A stretch of DNA of 54,052 nt from a virus. The stretch lies in the UHGV virus genome UHGV-0210093. One strand, written 5' to 3'. The translations under genes and the position numbers were made by a program. Shown in pieces: positions 20,328 through 28,513 of this stretch (positions within the stretch are counted from its first letter, which is position 1; each line of letters starts with the position of its first letter). Below the pieces are notes generated by a model. That model was not told the origin of the DNA, made no database searches, and saw nothing but the letters and a program-made list of their open reading frames with translations.

Positions 20328-20645
20328 GAAAACATTTACCTTAAAACATACGTCAAAAAAATGCGTAATTTGCCTTTAACTGTATGTTTTCCGAACACTT
20401 TTATATTTCCATGCGTGTCTACAACGAGCTGAACAAAAGCTTTCGGATCATAAATATACCCAATGGTATATATATCTGATGCTGGTTTGTATCTTTCCGT
20501 AATTGTACATAATATCATATCTTCTTTAATATCAATAATATTTGTAACTATATTAACTGTCATAACACCGTAGTTAGCAATAAAATTTACGTTGTTTATA
20601 TTAGTATTCTCAGAGAAGAATTCGCCAACAGTATTTTTTATTGTC

Positions 20646-20657
20646 TTGCTATTTTAT
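20646..20657 (-). repeat. shufflon repeat R6 (TTGCTATTTTAT)
   Basis: Exact consensus. Confidence 0.6.
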
Positions 20658-20897
20658 TGTCAATACCAACACCGAATTTGTAAACCTTGTATTTCTGTAT
20701 TAGGAGACCCGAAAACATAAGCACCACCGTTTTCACCACGATATATATTTATAGCTGAAATTGGTGTTATTAATAAATAATAAGAGATTTCTACTATTTT
20801 TGTATAGATCGGATATTTTTCATTATCATTGATGCGATAATATCCCGATTCATCTAGACTGATAGTGCCTAAATCAATAACAACATATTGTAATTTA

Positions 20898-20909
20898 TTG
20901 CTATTTTAT
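20898..20909 (-). repeat. shufflon repeat R7 (TTGCTATTTTAT)
   Basis: Exact consensus. Confidence 0.6.
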
Positions 20910-21216
20910 AGAAAAGGCTGGCTTGTTTATAGAATATGATATTAATGCAGTACCAGTAACCCACGAACCGATTCTTACTGAAATTACAGTGTTGTTAACT
21001 GATGGTGTTACTTCTTCACCATAAATTGTGCTTATTTTTATTTCTGTAATGTTTTTTCCGTCCTCTGTGTACACACTAATATAAATCATTCGTTTTTTGT
21101 CCATTAAAAGAGCTTGTACAGAGTTGGATCTATCGCCTAAATTAATTTCAATGGTTGTGCGATTAGATGTATTATAATTGGTTGAATAAGAATTTACATT
21201 TCCGTTTAATAACTTA

Positions 21217-21228
21217 TTGCTATTTTAC
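21217..21228 (-). repeat. shufflon repeat R8 (TTGCTATTTTAC)
   Basis: One mismatch to consensus. Confidence 0.55.
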
Positions 21229-21486
21229 TGAAGAGCTGTCCAAGAACACCACTTGCCAGCACCGTCAGTTGTTCGAAACCACACAGAACATTTTTTGCTA
21301 TTCGATACTCGTCTTTCGAAAAATACGCATAATCTACTAGTTTTTCCATCACTTGCCATAATGCAAAAACCACCAGTACCTCCTGGAGTGTCTTTTGCAT
21401 TTACGCCTACATAGGAAAAACCGTAAGGAGTATCGTTTATGGACGTCATCACTATTGGCAAATTTTTATATTCGCTCATTGCACTA

Positions 21487-21498
21487 TTGCTATTTTAT
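21487..21498 (-). repeat. shufflon repeat R9 (TTGCTATTTTAT)
   Basis: Exact consensus. Confidence 0.6.
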
Positions 21499-21750
21499 TT
21501 CCAATCATTCCACACTTCATCCGTTGAATTCCATATTCTAGTTTTTACAACCAAAGTGTATAAATACTGAATCGCCACTTGATACTTAATGTCATCCGAA
21601 AGTGAACCAATACAGAAAATAAACCATATTGAATCGTCGTTTTTTGGTTTATGCAAAGCTGTACGAAACGCTATAGCAGATTCTCCAACAGGGAGATCAT
21701 TGCAATCTTTATAAATGCCTGAAGAATAAATCTGTTTTGAGCATATTTTA

Positions 21751-21762
21751 TTGCTATTTTAT
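21751..21762 (-). repeat. shufflon repeat R10 (TTGCTATTTTAT)
   Basis: Exact consensus. Confidence 0.6.
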
Positions 21763-21997
21763 GGTTTTCCACCCGGTAGATGAAACGTATTGAGCAAATG
21801 CCACTGTATGTTCAGCATTGGCTATTCCTATAAAATTGGCACTTCCGTTATTAACCATGACAATTCCCCATGCCCAGCCACCGAATAATCCGCCTATAGT
21901 TCCCCAAACAGGAAGAAACTCGCATTGGTATTTATTATTCTCAGTGAAAAAATCGTTGATATTATCATCTAAGCGTTTTGCTTTACAGAGCATCTTC

Positions 21998-22009
21998 TTG
22001 CTATTTTAT
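21998..22009 (-). repeat. shufflon repeat R11 (TTGCTATTTTAT)
   Basis: Exact consensus. Confidence 0.6.
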
Positions 22010-22291
22010 TCCTTAATTTCTTTAATCGTTCCTTTCGCTATTGAACCACCCAGTATGCAAGCGTAATGCGTGTATTTAGATTGGAATGTAATTCGCATTG
22101 TAAAATCATTTATTTCAATTTTGACTTGACCGACCGTGGTGTTTGTCGTTTGTGATACGGGTATGTTATATAGTTGTAAGTCTTGATTGATTGAGAGTAT
22201 AATAACTCCATAAAAAGTGGCTTTTGACTTCACCGTTATTTCTATACCTTTTACATCAATTCCACCAATTACTTTTATACTACCAAAAGTT

Positions 22292-22303
22292 TTGCTATTT
22301 CAT
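22292..22303 (-). repeat. shufflon repeat R12 (TTGCTATTTCAT)
   Basis: One mismatch; last repeat before the lysis genes. Confidence 0.5.
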
Positions 22304-22430
22304 CTATGACTTCAATATGGGTACAATCATCCGCTAAAAATCCAGTACAATTATCTTAAGATTGCATAAATATCATAATTAGCTGTATTAACATTAAGTC
22401 AGAACTATAAGTTGTTGAAGGAGAATGGTG

Positions 22431-22739
22431 ATGGAATATGTAGGACGAGAAGAACATACAGAATTTGCCAAACGTATCGAGGACGAGCAGCATAGACAGA
22501 ATAGACGGATTGAGCTGTTAGAGGAATCTGTAAAACAGAACACAGCACTTACGGTATCTGTTGAGAAGCTTGCGAATAATATGGAAAGTATGGCAAACGA
22601 ACAGGCGAAACAAGGAGAGAGACTAGAAGCCTTAGAGAGCAGAGATGGAGAAATGTGGAGAACAGTGGTCAAATATGTTCTCACAGCGGCTCTCGGACTT
22701 GTGATTGGATTGGTAGCAACGCAGATTGGATTAGGATAA
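22431..22739 (+). CDS. XhlA-like lysis-associated membrane protein
   Basis: AAGGAGA RBS. Coiled-coil N-terminus and C-terminal transmembrane helix, immediately upstream of the holin. Confidence 0.45.
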   Translation: MEYVGREEHTEFAKRIEDEQHRQNRRIELLEESVKQNTALTVSVEKLANNMESMANEQAKQGERLEALESRDGEMWRTVVKYVLTAALGLVIGLVATQIGLG

Positions 22740-22750
22740 GGAGAAAGAAC

Positions 22751-23044
22751 ATGGAACAGATTATCAATTATGTAAAGCCGGAACTCATCGTAGTGGCTAT
22801 TGTACTGTACTTTATCGGTATGGCTATCAAACAGAGTGAGACTATCGCAGACAAGTATATTCCTAGCATCTTAGGAATTGCTGGAATCGTGATCTGCGGT
22901 ATCTACGTGATTGCAACTTGTACTCTTGGAACTGGACAGGATATCGCAATGGCAATGTTTACCGCAATCGTACAAGGAATTTTAGTGGCTGGATTAAGTA
23001 ACTATGTCAACCAGTTAATCAAACAGAGTGGAAAGGAAGAGTAA
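22751..23044 (+). CDS. holin
   Basis: GGAGAAAG RBS. 97 aa with three predicted transmembrane segments, directly upstream of the endolysin. Confidence 0.6.
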   Translation: MEQIINYVKPELIVVAIVLYFIGMAIKQSETIADKYIPSILGIAGIVICGIYVIATCTLGTGQDIAMAMFTAIVQGILVAGLSNYVNQLIKQSGKEE

Positions 23045-23046
23045 TT

Positions 23047-23223
23047 ATGACAGAGCAGACAGTAAAAGAAATTATTAAGAGTTTCGCTTACGGGTTATCC
23101 GCAAAGGAAATCTCAGACAACGAAGGAACGTCGTTGGAAACAATGCAGAAATTTGCAGAGGAACACGCAGCGGAGATCGAGCAGAAGAAAGCAGAGCTGA
23201 AAGAAGGTGGCTGGTATGAGTAA
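23047..23223 (+). CDS. small hypothetical protein (58 aa) in the lysis cassette
   Basis: ATG-to-TAA ORF between holin and endolysin; it overlaps the endolysin start. Confidence 0.3.
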   Translation: MTEQTVKEIIKSFAYGLSAKEISDNEGTSLETMQKFAEEHAAEIEQKKAELKEGGWYE

Positions 23224-24286
23224 ACTTATTATTGATGTCAGCTATCATAACGGGGTCATTAACTGGGAAAGAGTCAAAGCGTCAGGTTGTGCCGGTGCAA
23301 TCCTCCGCTGTGGATATGGAGATGATATCGCATCACAGGATGATAAACAGTGGATTCGTAACCTTGCTGAGTGCGAAAGACTTGGAATTCCGGTGGGAGT
23401 CTATCTGTACAGCTATGCGACTTGTGACAGACAGGCGCAGAGCGAACTTGACCATATCTTGAGATTAATCAAAGGTCATACATTCCAGTTGCCTATCTTC
23501 CTTGATGTGGAAGAACCAGGCACACAGAACTATGCTCCTAGATGTTGTGAAATCGTCTGTGAAGGACTAAAAGCGAATGGATATACTCCGGGAATCTACG
23601 CTTCATTGAGTTGGTTCAACAACTACCTTGGCAGTGTTCGTGGTAAATACATCGAATGGATGGCAAGATACAAGAATCTTCCAGAAGATACATACAATGG
23701 TCAGTATGCTATTTGGCAGTATTCTTCTGATGGACAGGTAGATGGAGTCAGTGGAAGAGTAGATGTAAACCATTGCTATATGGAATTCGGTGGAAGTGTT
23801 CAGCCTGTTACACCTTCTGTTAAGCCGGCACCGGCTACAAAGAAAGATTTAGGACAGGTCGATATTACATATCAGGCTTATACAACTAAGTGGTGGGATC
23901 CAGTAACCAACAAAGCGGATTGGGCCGGTAAAGGTGATGATGTTCCGATTAAGTGGCTTGCTATCAAGGTAAGCAGAGGAAGCATCCGCTGTAGAGTATA
24001 CACAAGAAAGAATGGTTGGCTTCCGTACCTTACATTCGGCAACAGCTATGATCTGAATGACAAGGTAAATGGAATCCTCGGAGATGGTTCAGAGATTCTT
24101 GCTATTGAGTTGTATTACATCACACCGGATGGATATAAGTACAAGATGGTTCACTACAGAGTTTCTGTACAGAACAACAAGAACTTCTATGCAGATCAGG
24201 TTGACACACTGAAAGCAAGTGGCATGGACGGATACGCAGGAGACAAATACAGATTCATTGACAAGTTCCAGGCTTGGATTGAGTAA
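23216..24286 (+). CDS. endolysin: GH25 muramidase with a C-terminal cell-wall-binding region
   Basis: N-terminal DVSxHNGxINW and later DVE/ Y.S.SW motifs are typical of GH25 lysozymes; about 150 aa of extra C-terminal domain. The ATG at 23216 has an AAGGTGG RBS. Confidence 0.8.
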   Translation: MSKLIIDVSYHNGVINWERVKASGCAGAILRCGYGDDIASQDDKQWIRNLAECERLGIPVGVYLYSYATCDRQAQSELDHILRLIKGHTFQLPIFLDVEEPGTQNYAPRCCEIVCEGLKANGYTPGIYASLSWFNNYLGSVRGKYIEWMARYKNLPEDTYNGQYAIWQYSSDGQVDGVSGRVDVNHCYMEFGGSVQPVTPSVKPAPATKKDLGQVDITYQAYTTKWWDPVTNKADWAGKGDDVPIKWLAIKVSRGSIRCRVYTRKNGWLPYLTFGNSYDLNDKVNGILGDGSEILAIELYYITPDGYKYKMVHYRVSVQNNKNFYADQVDTLKASGMDGYAGDKYRFIDKFQAWIE

Positions 24287-24289
24287 AAA

Positions 24290-24320
24290 AGATGCCCCGG
24301 AGTATTTGACTCTGGGGCAT
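24290..24320 (+). terminator. hairpin after the lysis cassette (GCCCCGGAG / CTCTGGGGC)
   Basis: 9-bp stem with one G-T wobble; no clear T-tract follows. Confidence 0.3.
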
Positions 24321-24344
24321 TAATATTGTATCATCTTCTTCTAT

Positions 24345-24370
24345 TTTCGTGTTGCATTTCGTGTTGCATA
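24345..24370 (+). repeat. attP arm-type direct repeat, copy 1 (tandem TTTCGTGTTGCA x2)
   Basis: 26-bp element repeated at 24562-24587, flanking the attP core. Confidence 0.45.
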
Positions 24371-24490
24371 GTTTTCCAATATCGTATAATTCCTCTAACT
24401 TATAAGAATTATTCTAATATGCTAGAATCTGTGAAACCCTTGTATTTACTGGGAAAAACAAAAAAACCAGCAACCATAACGATTACTGGT

Positions 24491-24550
24491 TTTACAGGGG
24501 ATGAGAGAATCGAACTCCCATAGAAAGTGCTAAAACCCCTGTAAAATCAA
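24491..24550 (-). other. attP core candidate containing a tRNA 3'-end mimic (T-arm GGGAGTTCGATTCTCTC + acceptor ATCCCCT)
   Basis: Minus-strand sequence GGGAG-TTCGATT-CTCTC-ATCCCCT-G, flanked by the inverted repeat ACAGGGG/CCCCTGT. Lies directly beside the integrase and occurs once in the window. Confidence 0.45.
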
Positions 24551-24556
24551 TGATTG

Positions 24557-25660
24557 TTATGTTTCGTGTTGCATTTCGTGTTGCATAGACTCAAAATAGT
24601 TGATTGCAATCTTATTCATTTTATCTTCCATGTCCGGAAGAGTGTGACGGTAGACTTCTTTCAGCACCGAATCATTTCCCCATCCACCAGATTGCATGAT
24701 ATACGCATCTGGTATTCCTAGCGCATGTTGAACAGAAGCGTTGTAATGCCTTAAGTCGTGGAATCGGAAGTGAGGTATCTCTAATTTCTTAAGGAGATTT
24801 CCAAATGATGTTGTTAATGTATTCGGATTCATGTCTACAGTGTCGGTTGAAAGTTCCAAGAACTTCTCGATTACGAATGATGGATAATTCACATATCTGT
24901 CACCAGCATAAGACTTAGGTGCTTTCACAATCCATTCGCCCTCATCATTCATAACCATTGTTTTTGTAACGTGTATCGTGTGATTCTTGATGTCGGACTT
25001 CTGTAATGCACAGATCTCACCTCTTCGCATAGCTCCAAACGCTGCGAGGAGAATTGGCACTTCCATGATAGTTCCTTCTGATGCACGAACAATCTTCTTA
25101 ATGTCCACTTCTGTAGGAATGCAAATGTTGCTCCTGAGTTTTTTTGGAAGAGTGATATTGATTACAATTCCCGGACGAAATCTTTTCATTACCGCGCTGA
25201 TCAGTCCATTCATGTCACGAACAGACTTAGGTGACAGCTCTGTAGATGCCTTATTAATCACCTTTTGAATTACGCTTTGTGTGATTTCCTTTAGCTGATA
25301 CTCTTTGAGCGGTACCATGCAATTACGTTGCATACTCTTGTACTTTCTGATGCTGGACGGCGAGAGGACAGCGGACCGTTCCTGGATGTACTTTTCTAGT
25401 GCATCACCGAAAGTCATTTGTACTTCTTCATCTTTCTTGATTTCTTTGTTATCTGCCCATTCAGCAGCCATTGCTTCAGCTTTTCTTTTTCCTCTTGCCG
25501 ATGGATCATCACAAGTGAAAGACTTATAGATTCTTTTCTGTTTCTGTTTCTTCGTTTTCGGATCAATAACAGGTTTTCCGTTTTTATCTAAGACAATTTC
25601 ATAGTGGCTGAATACCTGACATCTCCAGGATCCGGAAGGTAACTTCTTAGCTGTTGCCAT
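24557..25660 (-). CDS. int: phage integrase (tyrosine recombinase)
   Basis: AAAGGAGA RBS before MATAKKLPSGSWRC, an arm-binding-type N-terminus. Catalytic-looking R (AMRRGE), HDLRHY (HxxR) and a C-terminal Y. Adjacent to the attP candidate. Confidence 0.85.
   Translation of the reverse strand: MATAKKLPSGSWRCQVFSHYEIVLDKNGKPVIDPKTKKQKQKRIYKSFTCDDPSARGKRKAEAMAAEWADNKEIKKDEEVQMTFGDALEKYIQERSAVLSPSSIRKYKSMQRNCMVPLKEYQLKEITQSVIQKVINKASTELSPKSVRDMNGLISAVMKRFRPGIVINITLPKKLRSNICIPTEVDIKKIVRASEGTIMEVPILLAAFGAMRRGEICALQKSDIKNHTIHVTKTMVMNDEGEWIVKAPKSYAGDRYVNYPSFVIEKFLELSTDTVDMNPNTLTTSFGNLLKKLEIPHFRFHDLRHYNASVQHALGIPDAYIMQSGGWGNDSVLKEVYRHTLPDMEDKMNKIAINYFESMQHEMQHET
24562..24587 (+). repeat. attP arm-type direct repeat, copy 2
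   Basis: Identical 24-bp tandem TTTCGTGTTGCA x2; overlaps the 3' end of the integrase gene. Confidence 0.45.
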
Positions 25661-25828
25661 ATAATCATCTCCTTTTAAGTATAAAAATAACAGCCATACA
25701 ATAGAACAACAGTTCTGATTGATTGACTGCTCCGAAGATGATACAATATTACTGTTCATATAATTCGCACTGCTCTTCGGAGTTGTGTATCAACCGTTCC
25801 TGCGCCAACAGGAGCGGTTTTATTTTAT

Positions 25829-25999
25829 TTAATTATCTCTGTTTACAAATTCGCTACATACATCTCTTAGTTCTGTATATAACTTATCTGTAAGTTCTTC
25901 ACCGGCATATTGTCTTGCCAGTAGTTCTCTTCCATAAGCTCTCAATTCTGTATCGGATAAGGAAGAAAGTTTGTTGTCATAAACGTATTCTTTTATATT
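25829..25999 (-). CDS. hypothetical small protein
   Basis: GAGAGGAAC RBS before MNIKEY; leftward lysogeny-side operon. Confidence 0.3.
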   Translation of the reverse strand, partial: NIKEYVYDNKLSSLSDTELRAYGRELLARQYAGEELTDKLYTELRDVCSEFVNRDN

Positions 26000-26048
26000 C
26001 ATGGTTCCTCTCATGCAAATGAACCTTGTTCCAAACACCGCAAATTAA

Positions 26049-26627
26049 CTATTTACTGTAAACAAACTGAATATCTTTTGATGACCAGAAATCAGGAGCA
26101 ACGCTAACCTCGAATTTCGAGAAAGTTGTAGGTACCTGATATGCAATCACACCGTTCATCTTCTTTCCAGCAGCAACACTTCCATCAAGCTGATTCTTTC
26201 CACTGGCTTCAGGGGCTTGAAGTCCAACAAGATCTTGTGTTAGTGAGTAATCATCGCAATAGGCTTCGAAATTCATTACGGAGCTGATGCTGATATCTTT
26301 TGATGAGTTGTTTGCAATCTCAAACTCAAGGATTAAGAACTCGTTTCCTTCGTCAGGGGTAGTATATTCCCCACCGGCAGATTCGGTGATGTTCACAAGT
26401 GTAATTTCAACATCATTGAGATTCACAGTATCTCCAACGTTAAATACAGTCTGTTCCGGTTCTGATTCATTCTTTGAAGCATCTTGCGTTGCGTCAGTAG
26501 AAGTGTCACTGTTTACCTTTTTAGGTCCGTCATCCTTTCCACCAATAACAGAACCTATGATACCGAGTATAATAATTACGCCGATAACAATTAATACAGT
26601 TTTTAAACATCCACCTTTCTTTTTCAT
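26049..26627 (-). CDS. membrane-anchored DUF4352-like protein (candidate superinfection-exclusion or immunity factor)
   Basis: N-terminal K-rich segment plus a transmembrane/lipoprotein-like signal, then a Thr/Asp-rich linker and a beta-rich domain; GAGGGAAAC RBS. Confidence 0.4.
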   Translation of the reverse strand: MKKKGGCLKTVLIVIGVIIILGIIGSVIGGKDDGPKKVNSDTSTDATQDASKNESEPEQTVFNVGDTVNLNDVEITLVNITESAGGEYTTPDEGNEFLILEFEIANNSSKDISISSVMNFEAYCDDYSLTQDLVGLQAPEASGKNQLDGSVAAGKKMNGVIAYQVPTTFSKFEVSVAPDFWSSKDIQFVYSK

Positions 26628-26717
26628 TCGTGTTTCCCTCTCTTTCTTTTTGTGATAGAGTCTTGTTTTCTAAGCACACCACGCGCTTTATATAAATCCC
26701 TTCCGGGAGTTATATCC

Positions 26718-27515
26718 TTATTTTGTTAATTCCTCATATTGGTCACGATTTTCCTTGTCATCTTCCCTTTTTAGCTTGTAATTCTGGCTCTTGATATTCC
26801 TGAGCATATCATCTTCAATCCGCTTTTGCCTAAACTTCCAATGCTGATCAATCTCACGCTGCATTTTATATTTTTCTCGGAGCTTTTTTCTTTCTTCTGC
26901 TGACAATTTGGTAACTTTAGGTTGCTGTAAAAAAGAATATCCGCACTCTGTACAAAAATTGTAATTCTTGTCTACTATTACTCCACAAGAAGGACAACGT
27001 TTCTCTTTTTGAGGAACGTTTTGGGGTTGATGCGGAATTAGTGAAAAACCACAAGAAGTACAGAAATTATAACCATTTTCCATTGTGGATCCGCAGAGAG
27101 GACAGACTGTCGTATCTCGCTTTGCTGTTTCATCTCTCTTCTGCACTATGTATCGAATCATCGGATACAGAAGAAAAATTCCCCATCCGATTAAAAGAAA
27201 CAATGAATCCAGAAAGCTATCAGATGGTCTTGTAGGTATACTTATCACACAAAACCAAAGAATAAACCATCCAAAGAAAATAGCAATAGTTATATTCCTA
27301 TAGAAGCGAGAAGTGTGGATAACTTTAGGAACTGGATACATTTGTGTGCATAACTTTCGTTGTTCTTTTCTCCAAACTCTCTGAGCATTCTTTTCTTGCT
27401 TGTGGATAAGCTTTAATTCCTTCGTCCTGTTCTTTCTTGCAATCTTTTCACGGTATCTGAACCTTGTTGCACGAATCCACATTCTTCTGATGAGATTAAA
27501 TTGACTAGGTTTCAT
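26718..27515 (-). CDS. membrane protein with two C-terminal zinc ribbons
   Basis: Two transmembrane segments and two CPxCG...NFCxxCG motifs. Confidence 0.4.
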   Translation of the reverse strand: MKPSQFNLIRRMWIRATRFRYREKIARKNRTKELKLIHKQEKNAQRVWRKEQRKLCTQMYPVPKVIHTSRFYRNITIAIFFGWFILWFCVISIPTRPSDSFLDSLFLLIGWGIFLLYPMIRYIVQKRDETAKRDTTVCPLCGSTMENGYNFCTSCGFSLIPHQPQNVPQKEKRCPSCGVIVDKNYNFCTECGYSFLQQPKVTKLSAEERKKLREKYKMQREIDQHWKFRQKRIEDDMLRNIKSQNYKLKREDDKENRDQYEELTK

Positions 27516-27528
27516 AACTCATTCCTCA

Positions 27529-27936
27529 TTATAAATCCTTGCCATATAAGTAGTTATATTCGGCAAGTCGGAATGTGTCACAATGCTCACGAATAAAATC
27601 AATGCGCTGTGTATCTCTGGTTCTTCTTCTACGTCTTCTTTTTCGTCTAGTACGGTTCTGCTCCATACATTTACTGTATGCTGATATAACCGGATCAGGT
27701 GCTTTCGTAGTAGTATGAGCCAGATATTCTATCTCTTGCACATCTTCTTTATAGAAATCATCGTTTTCAATGTGACTCATAGCATGTTTAAGTGCTGCTT
27801 GCTGTGACTCATAGTTGAGTGCTGCATTGATAAATATGGTATAACTGCCATCTTCATTCGGCACTACCATTTCATGTCCTTTCCCTTTTGGAAAGTCCAT
27901 AAGGATGATGTTAACATCCGGTGTCAAAGTCACCAC
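27529..27936 (-). CDS. hypothetical protein downstream of the repressor with an Arg-rich tail (RRKRRRRRRTR)
   Basis: Overlaps the repressor 3' end, so the start is uncertain. No clean HExxH motif, so an ImmA-type call is not supported. Confidence 0.3.
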   Translation of the reverse strand: MVTLTPDVNIILMDFPKGKGHEMVVPNEDGSYTIFINAALNYESQQAALKHAMSHIENDDFYKEDVQEIEYLAHTTTKAPDPVISAYSKCMEQNRTRRKRRRRRRTRDTQRIDFIREHCDTFRLAEYNYLYGKDL

Positions 27937-28285
27937 GTTCCTTTCGTTTCAGTGCGAGAGCCATGTTGTGTAATGCTCTTAAATCGTCTGGATCCATGTC
28001 TTTCTGAACATCGAATAGTGTTCTAAGTTCCTTGTTTTCAAAAATTTCTTGAGCAACTTTAGCAGTTTCCTCATTCAGATAGTATTTTTCTGATTCGTTC
28101 TCCTCACCTGTCATAAGGTAATCAACAGATACATTAAAATAATCAGCAATCAACTTGATTTTAGCAGTATTCGGTGTAGTGTTTCCTAATTTACTTATGT
28201 ATCCCTTTCCGAATCCAAGTGTTTCTTCTAGCTTATTCATAGAAATTCCATGCTCTTTACATAAGCTTTTGATACGTTCTTTCAT
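27911..28285 (-). CDS. XRE-family HTH repressor (cI-like)
   Basis: HTH segment ISMNKLEETLGFGKGYISKLGN. Divergent from the Cro-like gene; AAAGGA RBS before the ATG at 28285. Confidence 0.7.
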   Translation of the reverse strand: MKERIKSLCKEHGISMNKLEETLGFGKGYISKLGNTTPNTAKIKLIADYFNVSVDYLMTGEENESEKYYLNEETAKVAQEIFENKELRTLFDVQKDMDPDDLRALHNMALALKRKERGDFDTGC

Positions 28286-28295
28286 GGTTTCCATC

Positions 28296-28384
28296 CTTTC
28301 TGAAAAAATCGCAAAAAACCACTTGACTTTCTGAATATATCGCGTATAATACAATTACGGGTTCTGAAAAAAACGCAAAAAATA
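28296..28384. promoter_or_regulatory. operator-like direct repeats (TTCTGAAAAAAWCGCAAAAAA x2) around the rightward promoter
   Basis: 20-bp direct repeats at 28298-28321 and 28362-28384. GGTTCTGAAAAAA at 28358 is a perfect inverted match to TTTTTTCAGAACC at 28477. Confidence 0.4.
28323..28350 (+). promoter_or_regulatory. rightward sigma70-like promoter (TTGACT-16-TATAAT)
   Basis: Consensus hexamers oriented toward the Cro-like gene. Confidence 0.5.
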
Positions 28385-28432
28385 AACAGAGTGTCGAAAG
28401 TGCTTTATTTAATTTGTTTGTGGTAATTCAAA

Positions 28433-28461
28433 TTATAGGATATTTTCAGAGATTAGTCAAT
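28433..28461 (-). promoter_or_regulatory. leftward sigma70-like promoter (TTGACT-17-TATAAT on the minus strand)
   Basis: Reverse complement of 28433-28461 is TTGACTAATCTCTGAAAATATCCTATAAT. It faces the rightward promoter. Confidence 0.45.
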
Positions 28462-28473
28462 ATTTTTAGTGAT

Positions 28474-28492
28474 TTTTTCAGAACCTACGCAC
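28474..28492. promoter_or_regulatory. operator-like inverted half-site (TTTTTTCAGAACC)
   Basis: Perfect 13-bp inverted repeat partner of 28358-28370. Confidence 0.35.
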
Positions 28493-28513
28493 TAAAAAAG
28501 CGGAGGTGAAAAC

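Larger units (their letters stand above)
18545..22291 (-). other. array of about 13 silent minus-strand 3' cassettes (82-110 codons each), promoterless and without start codons
   Basis: Every cassette begins right after a stop inside or just before a repeat and reads it as (L/stop)NS(N/K). Each ends on a stop located in the next repeat. The encoded sequences are diverse and beta-rich. Confidence 0.5.

Noticed and set aside
18537-22303. Regularly spaced short repeats considered as a CRISPR array
   Set aside because: The repeat is only 12 bp and the spacers of 240-330 bp are far too long. The spacers are also open reading frames in a consistent frame. An inverted copy set exists on the other side of a tyrosine recombinase, and no cas genes are present.
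10524-22303. Diversity-generating retroelement as the source of variable tail sequences
   Set aside because: No reverse transcriptase gene or template/variable repeat pair is present. The variability is organised as discrete cassettes bounded by recombination-site repeats.
22394-22684. 96-aa minus-strand ORF across the XhlA-like and holin genes
   Set aside because: It is antisense to two well-supported plus-strand lysis genes that have RBSs.
24326-24523. 65-aa plus-strand ORF in the attP region
   Set aside because: It lies in the att and arm-site non-coding region and has no RBS.
27529-27936. ImmA/IrrE metalloprotease downstream of the XRE repressor
   Set aside because: The position fits, but the sequence has HAMSH rather than a canonical HExxH motif, so the call is not supported.
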